Source: a virus
IMG/VR virus record: IMGVR_UViG_3300035211_000097
Location: 1-64,000 of that record
Length of the DNA: 64,000 nucleotides
Reading direction: 5' to 3' (one strand)
The notes beneath the pieces are model-generated. The model did no database searches and was not told the origin of the DNA. It saw nothing but the letters and a program-made list of their open reading frames with translations. Of this stretch, positions 1 to 8,411 are shown piece by piece (positions within the stretch are counted from its first letter, which is position 1; every line of letters starts with the position of its first letter). The position numbers and the translations under genes are program-made.

Positions 1-1
1 T

Positions 2-328
2 CTAAAGTACCGGGGCAAGTGCAAAGAGATGTCTGAGGCACTGGCAGAAGAGAAAGGGTACAGGCTTGTCCGGGGTTGGTATCATGAACCTATGTGGAAA
101 AAGAAACAGCCTCACTGGTGGTGTATGGATGATCAGGGAAATATCCATGATTCTACTGTCAAGCAGTTTCCGTCAGGTGGTATCCGGGAATTTTATGAAG
201 AGTTTGCCGGGGTGTTTGTGTGTCAAGAGTGTGGTAAGGAATTCCGGGAAGAGAATGGGTATCGGGGTGGGACTCCATATCCGGTATGTAGTTCTGAATG
301 TTACGGGAAAATGGTGGGTTTATTATGA
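2..328 (+). CDS. Hypothetical protein, 5'-truncated; possible papain/transglutaminase-like Cys-His-Asp fold plus C-terminal Zn finger
   Basis: Frame is open from base 2 (LKYRGKCKEMSEAL); GKC...HWWC...IHD spacing; CQECG...VCSSEC. Confidence 0.55.
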   Translation, partial: LKYRGKCKEMSEALAEEKGYRLVRGWYHEPMWKKKQPHWWCMDDQGNIHDSTVKQFPSGGIREFYEEFAGVFVCQECGKEFREENGYRGGTPYPVCSSECYGKMVGLL

Positions 329-780
329 GTGATATGGAACATTGCCCTGTATGTGGCAAGGAACGGGTAGCATCTTGCCGATGTCTCCGTAATGATTCGC
401 ATTGTGAGAATGGTCATTACTGGCATATATGTACAGTGCATAATAGGATCGTGGAAGGATCATCTGATCGTAGTTTGGATATCTTGGAATGTACCTGTGG
501 TATTGGTGGCAGGCTGGAACAGAAGCCAAAGCAGAAAACAGAAATAACGTATGATTGTCCTGTGTGTGAAAAACCTATGCAGCCGAAGAGTTATAAATTT
601 CACGTTGGGGAAATCCCTGTGTCAGTTCCTACAAAAGTCGATGACAATCACTTCAGAGGGGTCTGCGTGCATCTTTTCTTTACATGTGACTGTGGATGTC
701 AGATTAACGCATATGTTCCTGTAGCGGAAGAATACAAGGTATATGTGGACATAAATAAAGTATATCTGGAAAGAAAGTAA
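325..780 (+). CDS. Cys/His-rich putative Zn-binding protein
   Basis: ATGA overlap with upstream stop; CPVC, CRC, CENGH, CPVC, CDCGC. Confidence 0.6.
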   Translation: MSDMEHCPVCGKERVASCRCLRNDSHCENGHYWHICTVHNRIVEGSSDRSLDILECTCGIGGRLEQKPKQKTEITYDCPVCEKPMQPKSYKFHVGEIPVSVPTKVDDNHFRGVCVHLFFTCDCGCQINAYVPVAEEYKVYVDINKVYLERK

Positions 781-807
781 CGTTTTCTTGGATAATGTCG
801 TATAGTA
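781..807 (+). promoter_or_regulatory. Class A (putative phage-sigma, middle) promoter CGTWWT-N9-TGNCGTATAG
   Basis: CGTTTT at 781 and CGTATAG at 799; identical spacing at 1848, 5728, 8163 and 58801, all at gene boundaries. Confidence 0.75.
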
Positions 808-832
808 CAGTGGAAATATTGTGGAGGTTTTC

Positions 833-1162
833 ATGAAAAAGAAGCATAGAAAGAAGCATAAATGGACATGGCTGGGTATTTTGAATTTTTTGATACTACA
901 GTGGTTTTTTGTAAGACTGGCAAAAGAAGTTAGGTTTGGGAAGGTCGAAAGATATCACTTACTTACTGGGATTGTTCCATTTACAGGTTGGTGGTCGAAT
1001 TACATTTATGTGGGCAAGGTCAGACAGGCAGTGTACCGGCATGATGCTGACATGGCGTTTTTGAAAAGTACTTTACATGAAGTTGTGACCGATTATATGA
1101 AATTATCTTCACGAGTATATGTTCTTGAGCAGAAAATTAAAATTAAAGAGAATGAGAAATGA
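833..1162 (+). CDS. Hypothetical protein with N-terminal hydrophobic segment
   Basis: GGAGG RBS before ATG at 833. Confidence 0.65.
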   Translation: MKKKHRKKHKWTWLGILNFLILQWFFVRLAKEVRFGKVERYHLLTGIVPFTGWWSNYIYVGKVRQAVYRHDADMAFLKSTLHEVVTDYMKLSSRVYVLEQKIKIKENEK

Positions 1163-1299
1163 GTGATGTATTCTACAAGCTGACTTACTGTGCGTACAAT
1201 AATTTTATGTGCCATTATTTTTTTGATACTCGTGATGAATTGTACGAGGGAGTGATCAAGTTTTTACAGCTGGATCATGTGTCGTATGTTATCGTCTGA
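1159..1299 (+). CDS. Small hypothetical protein (46 aa, MSDVFYKLTYC...)
   Basis: ATGA overlap; fills the gap; below the ORF-track cutoff. Confidence 0.5.
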   Translation: MSDVFYKLTYCAYNNFMCHYFFDTRDELYEGVIKFLQLDHVSYVIV

Positions 1300-1303
1300 C
1301 TAA

Positions 1304-1321
1304 GGTATAATAAAATCAGAA
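1304..1321 (+). promoter_or_regulatory. Class B (putative late) promoter TATAATAAA
   Basis: GGTATAATAAAATCAGAA is identical to 27998-28015. Confidence 0.55.
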
Positions 1322-1331
1322 GGATTTTTAT

Positions 1332-1847
1332 ATGGTAAAGATACATTATGTAAAGCATGCAAATGAAGATAATTCGGCAGTAACGGCAGGCAATCCCTAC
1401 TTCTGGTGGAAGCTGGACGGGGTGAAATATTACAGTGCAACGATGCCTACACAGGATCAGCTGACAAGCGATACATTCATATTGTCAATACAGACAATCA
1501 ATGATGCTTTGGCTGGTGCAGACTTCAGTTCATATGTAACAGCTGTGGGATTTGTGGACGGGCAGATTACAGCGGTTACTGCTTTAAAGACTCAGGAAGA
1601 AACAAATCTGGACGATCTCAGCAGTTTTCCAAAAGATGCCATGGAAGCATACCGGATAAGTGTGCGTATAGTTGATCTGGAAGATATGCTGGTAAGACTG
1701 GAAGAGGACACAGATTTTGATGAGCTGAATTATGCAGAGCAGAATTTGGCTGAAGAACCGACAGACGCTACCCTTATAGCATTGTATCAGGCAGAACTTC
1801 AGGAGGCCCTGAATACAGTACGCAGTATTCAGTATGAGGGCAGGTAA
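1332..1847 (+). CDS. Hypothetical protein, paralogue of 2558-3067
   Basis: MVKIHYVKHANEDNSAVTAGNPYFWW aligns with MTKVHYVKKARKDNPAVKAGEPYWWW; helical C-terminal part. Confidence 0.75.
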   Translation: MVKIHYVKHANEDNSAVTAGNPYFWWKLDGVKYYSATMPTQDQLTSDTFILSIQTINDALAGADFSSYVTAVGFVDGQITAVTALKTQEETNLDDLSSFPKDAMEAYRISVRIVDLEDMLVRLEEDTDFDELNYAEQNLAEEPTDATLIALYQAELQEALNTVRSIQYEGR

Positions 1848-1874
1848 CGTTTTTCCGGATAATGTCGTATAGTA
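1848..1874 (+). promoter_or_regulatory. Class A promoter
   Basis: CGTTTTTCCGGATAATGTCGTATAGTA. Confidence 0.75.
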
Positions 1875-1890
1875 GTTAGGAGGGTAAAGC

Positions 1891-2520
1891 GTGCTTGATA
1901 AAATAATGCCAAAGGTTGATGTTCCTACAGGGAAATCTGGTGATGTAGAAATAACACGGAAGTGGGTATCGGGTACGCCGAATTATCGGATTAGGGATGG
2001 CAGATATGTCCCGGAGGGTGAATACACTTTTATGCATATTAACGGTTGTTTGGTAATGTCGGATACACCGGATGAGCGTAGAGATCATCTATCTGCTTAT
2101 AACCATGCTGAAGGTGATTGTCTGGTTGCTGGTCTGGGGCTTGGCATGATTGTAAATGCTATGCTGTTGAAACCGGAAGTGGATACCGTGACTGTTGTGG
2201 AAATAAATCAGGATGTAATTGATTTGGTATTTCCGTGGCTGAAGGAGAAGTACAGAGACAAGGTTCGAGTATATTGTGATGACATTATGGAAATACGGCC
2301 ATCGAAAAAGTTTAACGGCTATGAGGGTGGCTGGTATGACTGTATATGGTCTGACATTTGGAATGATTTGTGTACTGACAATCTGGAAGAAATGCATACG
2401 CTACATAGACGTTGGGGTAAGTCTGGTAATTGGAAAGGGTCGTGGGTAAAGAGTATCTACAGGATAAGGTGCGCAGAAGAAAGTATTATTATGGAGTTGT
2501 TTGAAACCTGTACTTGTTAG
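1891..2520 (+). CDS. Class I SAM-dependent methyltransferase / spermidine-synthase-like protein
   Basis: MSDTPDE, LVAGLGLGM (motif I), VTVVEINQDV (motif II), YDCIWSDIW. Confidence 0.8.
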   Translation: MLDKIMPKVDVPTGKSGDVEITRKWVSGTPNYRIRDGRYVPEGEYTFMHINGCLVMSDTPDERRDHLSAYNHAEGDCLVAGLGLGMIVNAMLLKPEVDTVTVVEINQDVIDLVFPWLKEKYRDKVRVYCDDIMEIRPSKKFNGYEGGWYDCIWSDIWNDLCTDNLEEMHTLHRRWGKSGNWKGSWVKSIYRIRCAEESIIMELFETCTC

Positions 2521-2557
2521 ACCCTTGATGTATTTTAGAAGAAGGAGTGATGAATAG

Positions 2558-3067
2558 ATGACCAAAGTACATTATGTAAAGAAAGCCCGGAAAGATAACC
2601 CGGCAGTAAAAGCAGGTGAACCATACTGGTGGTGGCAATTTTATAAGCAGAAGACGAAGCATTACAGTGCTACCAAGCCGAAGAATTCACAGCTTACGCA
2701 GAGTCCTTTCTGGCAGGAGATGTATGACATTCAGGACGAGATTGCAGCCTGTTCTTTTAATTCACATGATGATGCTGTGAATTTCATTGATGATATATCC
2801 AGCAGGGTTAGTGATTTAATTGATGCAGCACAGAGCAGTCTGGACAGTCTGCCTGAACAATTTCAGGATTCTCATATGCTGAATGAAAGAGTGTCGGAGC
2901 TGGAAAGTATGCAGGATGAAATTGAATGCATTGATACCGGTGATCTGGAAACCGCAGAGCAGGAGAAGGATGCTGACCCGGATAATGAAGAAAAGGAAGA
3001 AGCCTTTGATGAAGCTCTGCGTGAAGTAAAAGCTGCGATACAAGATATTTCTTATAACGGGGAATGA
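2558..3067 (+). CDS. Hypothetical protein, paralogue of 1332-1847
   Basis: AAGGAG RBS; shared N-terminal HYVK/PYxWW module; acidic coiled coil. Confidence 0.75.
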   Translation: MTKVHYVKKARKDNPAVKAGEPYWWWQFYKQKTKHYSATKPKNSQLTQSPFWQEMYDIQDEIAACSFNSHDDAVNFIDDISSRVSDLIDAAQSSLDSLPEQFQDSHMLNERVSELESMQDEIECIDTGDLETAEQEKDADPDNEEKEEAFDEALREVKAAIQDISYNGE

Positions 3068-3068
3068 T

Positions 3069-3290
3069 ATGGAATTGGCTGAAGAAAAAATAGACAGGAT
3101 ATTAAGTTCTCTGTATTCCCGAATTGTTGCCGGGGATGCGTGGCTGTTCTATGACGGTATCGAGGATGTGTATTATGTGATGCGCAGGAAACGGTACGTA
3201 AAGAAAAATGAAAATTTATATACCGGCAATGATTTCTGTGAAGCTTTGGATGTTCTGGAACAGGCAGGAAAGGACTGGGAGGATCAATGA
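3069..3290 (+). CDS. Hypothetical protein
   Basis: Tightly packed ORF in operon. Confidence 0.6.
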   Translation: MELAEEKIDRILSSLYSRIVAGDAWLFYDGIEDVYYVMRRKRYVKKNENLYTGNDFCEALDVLEQAGKDWEDQ

Positions 3291-3748
3291 TTGTATTCAT
3301 CATATTTTCAGTAATGTTTGCAACAGGTTTCGGACTTGTCCTGTATGACAAGCTGAAGAAAAGAAATGTAAGATACGGGCCTTTCTGGTTGCTACTGGCG
3401 GGTAGCCTGTGTGTGCTGGTCAGTATGATTTGCTTCATGGTAAAACCTTTTGAACGTGATCGGTTTTTATTACGATATGATCAAGAAATGATGTATTTGA
3501 TCAGGTGTGAACAGAATGATAATTTGACAGGGGCTGAGATCGTGCAGGCTACTGAGATAATCATCAGGACAAACACCGAGATAAATACACACTGGCGGTA
3601 TTATAAAAATCCGTGGATTGGCGTTTATTATGATGGAGTGATTGCAGAGCTTCCTACTTATGATGTCAGGAAAATTCCTGTGGCACATATATTGCAAGAT
3701 TTAGATGTGGGGATGACGTTTAGTTATGGCGAAGACTGGAAAGAATAA
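3287..3748 (+). CDS. Membrane protein (2 TM)
   Basis: Two hydrophobic N-terminal helices; GGAGG RBS. Confidence 0.65.
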   Translation: MIVFIIFSVMFATGFGLVLYDKLKKRNVRYGPFWLLLAGSLCVLVSMICFMVKPFERDRFLLRYDQEMMYLIRCEQNDNLTGAEIVQATEIIIRTNTEINTHWRYYKNPWIGVYYDGVIAELPTYDVRKIPVAHILQDLDVGMTFSYGEDWKE

Positions 3749-4160
3749 TTTACCGGCAAAAGAAACCGGTGTAAAAATAAAGTATGAGGCCCGGACTGAA
3801 GGACGGTTTACCAATAAGGTGCTTGATTCTTATATAAAACCGCATGATCATGAAGAGGAAGCTAAGTATACATACACACGGACTATTTCACATTTTTTAG
3901 TTCCCATAAAGGGCAGGTGGGAAGTTACGTGGTTACAGCAGCGATACGGTAAAGATTATCAGGAAGCTATACGCAGAGAGATGGCATATAAATTGGCTGA
4001 GAAGTTGATGGAAAGTGATCTGTTTGATCATTTTCTTGAGTATTCACAGAACCCGAAGACAATGGCAGATCGTGTGGAATTTTCTGCTAATGTGGTTATA
4101 GCCAAGCCGGGTATGAGTGAATACCGGATGATTACTTTACCTGAAGGGCCATTTTCATGA
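3726..4160 (+). CDS. Hypothetical protein
   Basis: Overlapping operon-style ORF. Confidence 0.6.
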   Translation: MAKTGKNNLPAKETGVKIKYEARTEGRFTNKVLDSYIKPHDHEEEAKYTYTRTISHFLVPIKGRWEVTWLQQRYGKDYQEAIRREMAYKLAEKLMESDLFDHFLEYSQNPKTMADRVEFSANVVIAKPGMSEYRMITLPEGPFS

Positions 4161-4624
4161 AGACTATGTTTAAGAACGTGGCGAAGAAACACCGGGATGG
4201 GACACAGACTGTACGTGTAAAGCAGAAGCGTTTTTTTTGGATACATATTCAAAAGACTTTTGCATTTATGATTAGGCTGAATAGAAATGTATTTCTTACG
4301 GTATTTCATATTACATTTAAGCCATTTGGTTTTTATAGTTTGGTATGGTCTACAGAAGAGGGCGGGAAGTATCGGGGATTTTTTGGAATACTCAAACACA
4401 GCAAGTATACTGTATTACATGCAGGGCCTGATGAAACGTTTTTAACGCTGCACTTATTTGGTAAATGGGTTGAGATACCAAAAAGCCGGAGAGGTATTTT
4501 ACAGAGGGCAAAGCAACAGGCTCAGGCTATATATGGGGGTGCTGCCAGAGTGAGTATGACCATAGATAGAAAAGTGATAATTACACATGCAGATACCGGG
4601 GTTCGTTTATTGCGAGAGTCATGA
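4157..4624 (+). CDS. Hypothetical basic protein
   Basis: ATGA overlap. Confidence 0.6.
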   Translation: MKTMFKNVAKKHRDGTQTVRVKQKRFFWIHIQKTFAFMIRLNRNVFLTVFHITFKPFGFYSLVWSTEEGGKYRGFFGILKHSKYTVLHAGPDETFLTLHLFGKWVEIPKSRRGILQRAKQQAQAIYGGAARVSMTIDRKVIITHADTGVRLLRES

Positions 4625-4633
4625 TATAATAAA
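4622..4633 (+). promoter_or_regulatory. Class B promoter TGATATAATAAA
   Basis: Extended -10 with no recognisable -35, upstream of 4661. Confidence 0.55.
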
Positions 4634-4660
4634 TTAATATTAATTTGGGAGTTATATCAT

Positions 4661-4999
4661 ATGGAAGATTTCATGAGCATTTTTATAGACGCAGGGCTGA
4701 TGATTGCTCTGGTTCTATTTGTTGAGCAGATCAAAAAGTTTCAGGGCAAGGAAACGATAAAGGTCTGGGGAGAAAAAAACGTTTACTTGCTTATTTACGC
4801 TGGTCTGTGCATCCCTTTAGCTATTCTGACCAGTATGAAAGACGGTGTGTTTGATGCTGATGTTAATACAACGCTGGCAGCAATAGGGATTACGTTTAGG
4901 ACGTTTTTTATAATGGCTACGGTGGGATCGTTCCTGTATGATGCCATTATAAAAAAGGCCAGAAAGAAAAAGGAAGAAATTGCAAACAGCGAGGAGTAA
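4661..4999 (+). CDS. Small 3-TM membrane protein, holin-like
   Basis: Three hydrophobic helices, charged tail KKARKKKEE, class B promoter. Confidence 0.5.
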   Translation: MEDFMSIFIDAGLMIALVLFVEQIKKFQGKETIKVWGEKNVYLLIYAGLCIPLAILTSMKDGVFDADVNTTLAAIGITFRTFFIMATVGSFLYDAIIKKARKKKEEIANSEE

Positions 5000-5004
5000 A
5001 GGCG

Positions 5005-5262
5005 ATGAATTTTAGTGTAGCATTAAGAGTACTTAAAGCCGGAAAAAAAATTGCACGAGCAGGATGGAACGGTAAAAACATGTGGCTTCAGTTGGTAGAA
5101 ATGGATTATTATTCCGTTCTGCCTGAGAAAATTGATGGTATAAAAACTGGCCCCGAATGGAATCTTTTGCCATGGATAGGCATGAAGACATCAGATGATA
5201 AATTTGTACCATGGCTTGCCAGTCAAACTGATATTCTGGCTGAAGATTGGGAAGTCATTTAA
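5005..5262 (+). CDS. tad2: Tad2 / DUF2829 family anti-defence nucleotide sponge
   Basis: MNFSVAL..LKAGKKIARAGWNGKNMW...MKTSDDKFVPWLASQTDILAEDWE matches the family signature. Confidence 0.85.
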   Translation: MNFSVALRVLKAGKKIARAGWNGKNMWLQLVEMDYYSVLPEKIDGIKTGPEWNLLPWIGMKTSDDKFVPWLASQTDILAEDWEVI

Positions 5263-5304
5263 CACAGGGAATTGAGTAAATAAATTATCATGGAGGTTAA
5301 AACC

Positions 5305-5637
5305 ATGAAGAGGTCTGGCTTAAGACTGCTGTTATTGGTAGCTTTGCTGTTTTCTTTATCAATAGCAGCGTACAGCGAGTGTCTGTACAACGGATCGTTT
5401 GATCTGGCTTTTACCGAAAACAAGATAGTCGTAGAGGGGGAAGTAGCTCTGGTGCAGAGTGAAATAATTATGACAGACTTTGTGTCTGTCGCCCCTATTC
5501 CATCCAGTGTCGATTATATAATGGTACTCTGGAACTGTAATATAATAATGATGGATAACCGGCGAAAGGTATGGAAGCGTTTATATAAGCACGATTTCCG
5601 TATTCGATCCCCGGATGATCTGATCAAAGCAGCATAA
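5305..5637 (+). CDS. Hypothetical protein with signal peptide
   Basis: GGAGG RBS; MKRSGLRLLLLVALLFSLSIAAYS. Confidence 0.55.
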   Translation: MKRSGLRLLLLVALLFSLSIAAYSECLYNGSFDLAFTENKIVVEGEVALVQSEIIMTDFVSVAPIPSSVDYIMVLWNCNIIMMDNRRKVWKRLYKHDFRIRSPDDLIKAA

Positions 5638-5661
5638 TGGTTTCAAAGGTATAATTTTAAA

Positions 5662-5720
5662 TCACCGGGATTCCTATTCCGGTAACAGCTGAGAGCTGGC
5701 CCCGATCGAGGGGCTTTTTT
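5662..5720 (+). ncRNA. Candidate small RNA (three hairpins ending in a terminator)
   Basis: TATAAT at 5650; stem ACCGGGAT/ATTCCGGT with UCCU loop; CAGCT/AGCTG; GCCCC/GGGGC plus T6. Confidence 0.35.
5699..5720 (+). terminator. Rho-independent terminator
   Basis: GCCCC-GATCGA-GGGGC-TTTTTT. Confidence 0.7.
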
Positions 5721-5727
5721 CATGTAT

Positions 5728-5754
5728 CGTTTTCTGACATTATGACGTATAGTA
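5728..5754 (+). promoter_or_regulatory. Class A promoter
   Basis: CGTTTTCTGACATTATGACGTATAGTA, directly after a terminator. Confidence 0.75.
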
Positions 5755-5782
5755 ATATGAAATATTTATTCGGAGGAAATTT

Positions 5783-6001
5783 ATGGACAAAGAAGCAAGG
5801 GTAAGAGTTTCAGTAGGTGATGATGCTGAGGATACTTTTGTCGTTTCCACAAGTGAAGCGCAGGGCGTGACGTTGTTATCTCTGCGGATTAAAGATGAAG
5901 GTGGTATAGTGAATACTGTGTCTGCTACCATTAACATGGACATCGTGAGAGAAATGGCAAAGGGCCTGAATTCGCTTATTGCGTACATGGACTCTGAATG
6001 A
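5783..6001 (+). CDS. Hypothetical protein
   Basis: GGAGG RBS. Confidence 0.65.
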   Translation: MDKEARVRVSVGDDAEDTFVVSTSEAQGVTLLSLRIKDEGGIVNTVSATINMDIVREMAKGLNSLIAYMDSE

Positions 6002-6044
6002 AACAGGGGCCTTAATCGGCCCCGTAATTTGTGTGGAGGTTTTT

Positions 6045-6347
6045 ATGAAAGTAGAACATTTTTTATGGATTGTGGCAGGTGTTATCGTCATCTGTTTGAT
6101 TGTAGGTGTTATTGGCGGTCTACAGGGATGCAGTCAGGCACCTGAGGAACCGGGAGAATTGGACGGTCAAGTCATGATGAATTTCTATGGTGAATTTTTT
6201 ATCGTACATCACATCGGAAACAAAATAACTTTGACATGGATCACACCAAAGAAAGCATTGCAGCTGCTGGCCGAGGATAAGGATGCCTCAGAGACGCTGG
6301 CCGAAAAACTTGGGGTAGAAGAGTCACAGGAGGTAAAAGGCAGATGA
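6045..6347 (+). CDS. Membrane-anchored protein / possible lipoprotein
   Basis: GGAGG RBS; hydrophobic N-terminus ending LQGC. Confidence 0.6.
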   Translation: MKVEHFLWIVAGVIVICLIVGVIGGLQGCSQAPEEPGELDGQVMMNFYGEFFIVHHIGNKITLTWITPKKALQLLAEDKDASETLAEKLGVEESQEVKGR

Positions 6348-6793
6348 GTGACAGGAGAATAAGATTCACGGAGAAGGATGTCAGAAGGCTGGCAAGTCAG
6401 GGCTACGATGCAAGGAAGAGGGCCTTGCCTGAAAGTACTAATATGTCTGAAGAGGGCTGGTATCAGTCTGGTTTTCTTGATGGCTATGCAGAGGCTACCA
6501 AGGACGTGAGGAAAGCAAAAGAACTGTCCGCACTGGCAAACATACAGAAGCAGTTTCCGATGAGCTGTGCAGAGAATTTTAAAGTCGAGGAAGATTTTAA
6601 ATGCCGGGCAAAAACATGTATTCTGAATAAAATACCTGAGACAGCGCAGATGATACAGAAAGAAGGTTGCGAATGTTTTTTTGCGAAAGAGGTGATAGCC
6701 ATACTGAGGGAGAGAGGTGACGAGCGTGTCTACAAAATTACCGCAGAGCGTGACAAGGAAACTGGAGAGACCGGCGAAGGAAAAGGAACCTGA
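6344..6793 (+). CDS. Hypothetical protein
   Basis: ATGA overlap; GYD.../GFLDGY motifs; Cys-rich middle. Confidence 0.6.
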   Translation: MSDRRIRFTEKDVRRLASQGYDARKRALPESTNMSEEGWYQSGFLDGYAEATKDVRKAKELSALANIQKQFPMSCAENFKVEEDFKCRAKTCILNKIPETAQMIQKEGCECFFAKEVIAILRERGDERVYKITAERDKETGETGEGKGT

Positions 6794-6871
6794 CCCTATA
6801 ATTTAGGGACGATAAAATAACAAAATGCTATGTAACTTGACTTATGTTAAAATGGTTTCAGGAGGTAAACC

Positions 6872-7510
6872 ATGAAAAAGATTGTGGTTATCATGTTATT
6901 GATCGTGGCATTGTCCGGGTGTGAGAATTATCTGTACAAGCCGTACAATGCTTATGTGTTCTTGGGTGGCAGCAATGTCAGCGAAGAACTGGCAGACGGA
7001 TTCCGGGATTGTATAACCCTGTATGATGAAACAGCATTGGTGATACAGCATGGGCATGACGATGAAACACTGGGATCATGGGTAAGGCTCTATTATGACA
7101 GTTATAAAGTAGAGCATAACCTGAAGGAAGATATCGGAGTTGTCGAAGCAATGCTTCGGGAAGATTACGGTGTGGATATGTTCTTCTGGTTTCAGGGTGA
7201 GCAAGATACTCTGACAGACTCAAGCCATATCTACTACGAAAAAAGGCTGGGGTTTATCCGGGAAGAGTTACGGGATGAATTGCCGGGAGTGTGTTATTTC
7301 AGCACCGTAAAAACTTGGATGGATGGTCTTGACTGGGAGCCTGCCTATCATCAGGACAAGATCAGAGAGTGTCAGCAGAGATTGGGTTATTACGATTTCG
7401 ACAGTAAGTATTATACAAAGGCTGACGGAAAGCACCTGACCCCGGAAGCAGCCTATCAGCTGGGTTGGGATATCGCCTACAAATATGCCGTTATAAAAGG
7501 CTGGTTATGA
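6872..7510 (+). CDS. Lipoprotein, SGNH/sialate O-acetylesterase (SASA/CE6-like) hydrolase
   Basis: Lipobox ALSG-C; GGSN, WFQGEQD and DGKH blocks. Confidence 0.7.
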   Translation: MKKIVVIMLLIVALSGCENYLYKPYNAYVFLGGSNVSEELADGFRDCITLYDETALVIQHGHDDETLGSWVRLYYDSYKVEHNLKEDIGVVEAMLREDYGVDMFFWFQGEQDTLTDSSHIYYEKRLGFIREELRDELPGVCYFSTVKTWMDGLDWEPAYHQDKIRECQQRLGYYDFDSKYYTKADGKHLTPEAAYQLGWDIAYKYAVIKGWL

Positions 7511-7692
7511 CGGAGGACGTAAGGTGTCCGATATGTACAAGCAGAAAACTGGTATCGGTTCCTCAGGAATTACCTGAAGAGGATCGGTACCAGTGTTCTA
7601 ATTGTGGATGCTGGGTAACATTGTCAGACAATGAATTCATTCTGTTCTTGGTGAACAAGTTCGGAATGTTTTTTATAAATCAAAGAAATTAG
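7507..7692 (+). CDS. Small Zn-ribbon protein
   Basis: CPICTS...CSNCG. Confidence 0.6.
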   Translation: MTEDVRCPICTSRKLVSVPQELPEEDRYQCSNCGCWVTLSDNEFILFLVNKFGMFFINQRN

Positions 7693-7703
7693 GAGATGAG
7701 ACT

Positions 7704-8162
7704 ATGAGTACTATTTATTTTTTACAAGGCCCTCCCGGATCAGGGAAAACTACATGGGCCATGGAGCTATTGAAAAAGCAGAACGGTAAAGCTGTTCGGG
7801 TAAATCGTGATGATTTAAGGGCCATGATGACAGATGGTAAGTATTCCCCGGATAAAGAAGACATGGTGAAGCTCGTACAGAAAATGATTACAAGGGTTTT
7901 TATTGGCGGTGGAAAAGATGTCATCGTTGATAACACCAATTTAAAGAAAGCTGATCTTGAGTGGGTGCGTGAAGTTGCTGCTGAAGATGGAAATTGCAAT
8001 ATAGAGATTGTGGATTATTTTGTACACACATCTTTATCTGTTTGCCAAGATCGTATGGTTTTAAGGAAGTCAGAGACCGGGCAAGAAGTAGTCAGGATGG
8101 AAAGACTGGAACAAATGATGGATACCTACAAACGGGAATTTCCTGCGGAAAATAAACAGTAA
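7704..8162 (+). CDS. P-loop kinase, polynucleotide-kinase (PseT N-terminal/AAA_33) type
   Basis: GPPGSGKTT, RVNRDDLR, VIVDNTN; no phosphatase domain. Confidence 0.8.
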   Translation: MSTIYFLQGPPGSGKTTWAMELLKKQNGKAVRVNRDDLRAMMTDGKYSPDKEDMVKLVQKMITRVFIGGGKDVIVDNTNLKKADLEWVREVAAEDGNCNIEIVDYFVHTSLSVCQDRMVLRKSETGQEVVRMERLEQMMDTYKREFPAENKQ

Positions 8163-8189
8163 CGTTTTTCCGGGTTCTGTCGTATAGTA
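8163..8189 (+). promoter_or_regulatory. Class A promoter
   Basis: CGTTTTTCCGGGTTCTGTCGTATAGTA. Confidence 0.75.
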
Positions 8190-8198
8190 AGGTAACAG

Positions 8199-8291
8199 GG
8201 ACAGGGCTACTTTAGGCGGTAGTGATTCCGGTTCCCCTCCCTTGGGACAAAAGTTTCACCGGGATTACGGGGGCCATTCCCTACCTGTCCA
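8199..8291 (+). ncRNA. Candidate structured, tRNA-like non-coding RNA
   Basis: 7-bp closing stem GGACAGG/CCTGTCC+A; internal stems GCTAC/GTAGT and GTGATTCCGGT/ACCGGGATTAC; starts just after a class A promoter. Confidence 0.45.
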
Positions 8292-8292
8292 G

Positions 8293-8339
8293 AAGCCGAA
8301 ACTAAAACGTACGTTGTGCGGAGTTTCGGACGGCTTTTT
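8293..8339 (+). terminator. Terminator-like hairpin
   Basis: CCGAAACT/AGTTTCGG (alternatively AAGCCG/CGGCTT) followed by T5. Confidence 0.5.
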
Positions 8340-8411
8340 GAAATAGTGTTCGGATTGTATCGGATTAATATCAGTTACAATGAGCTACGTGCTGTCAGTT
8401 TCACCACTATC

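Noticed and set aside
8199-8291. Canonical tRNA-Gly(CCC)
   Set aside because: No TTCR T-loop, abnormal arm spacing, no purine 3' of the putative anticodon; kept only as a tRNA-like candidate
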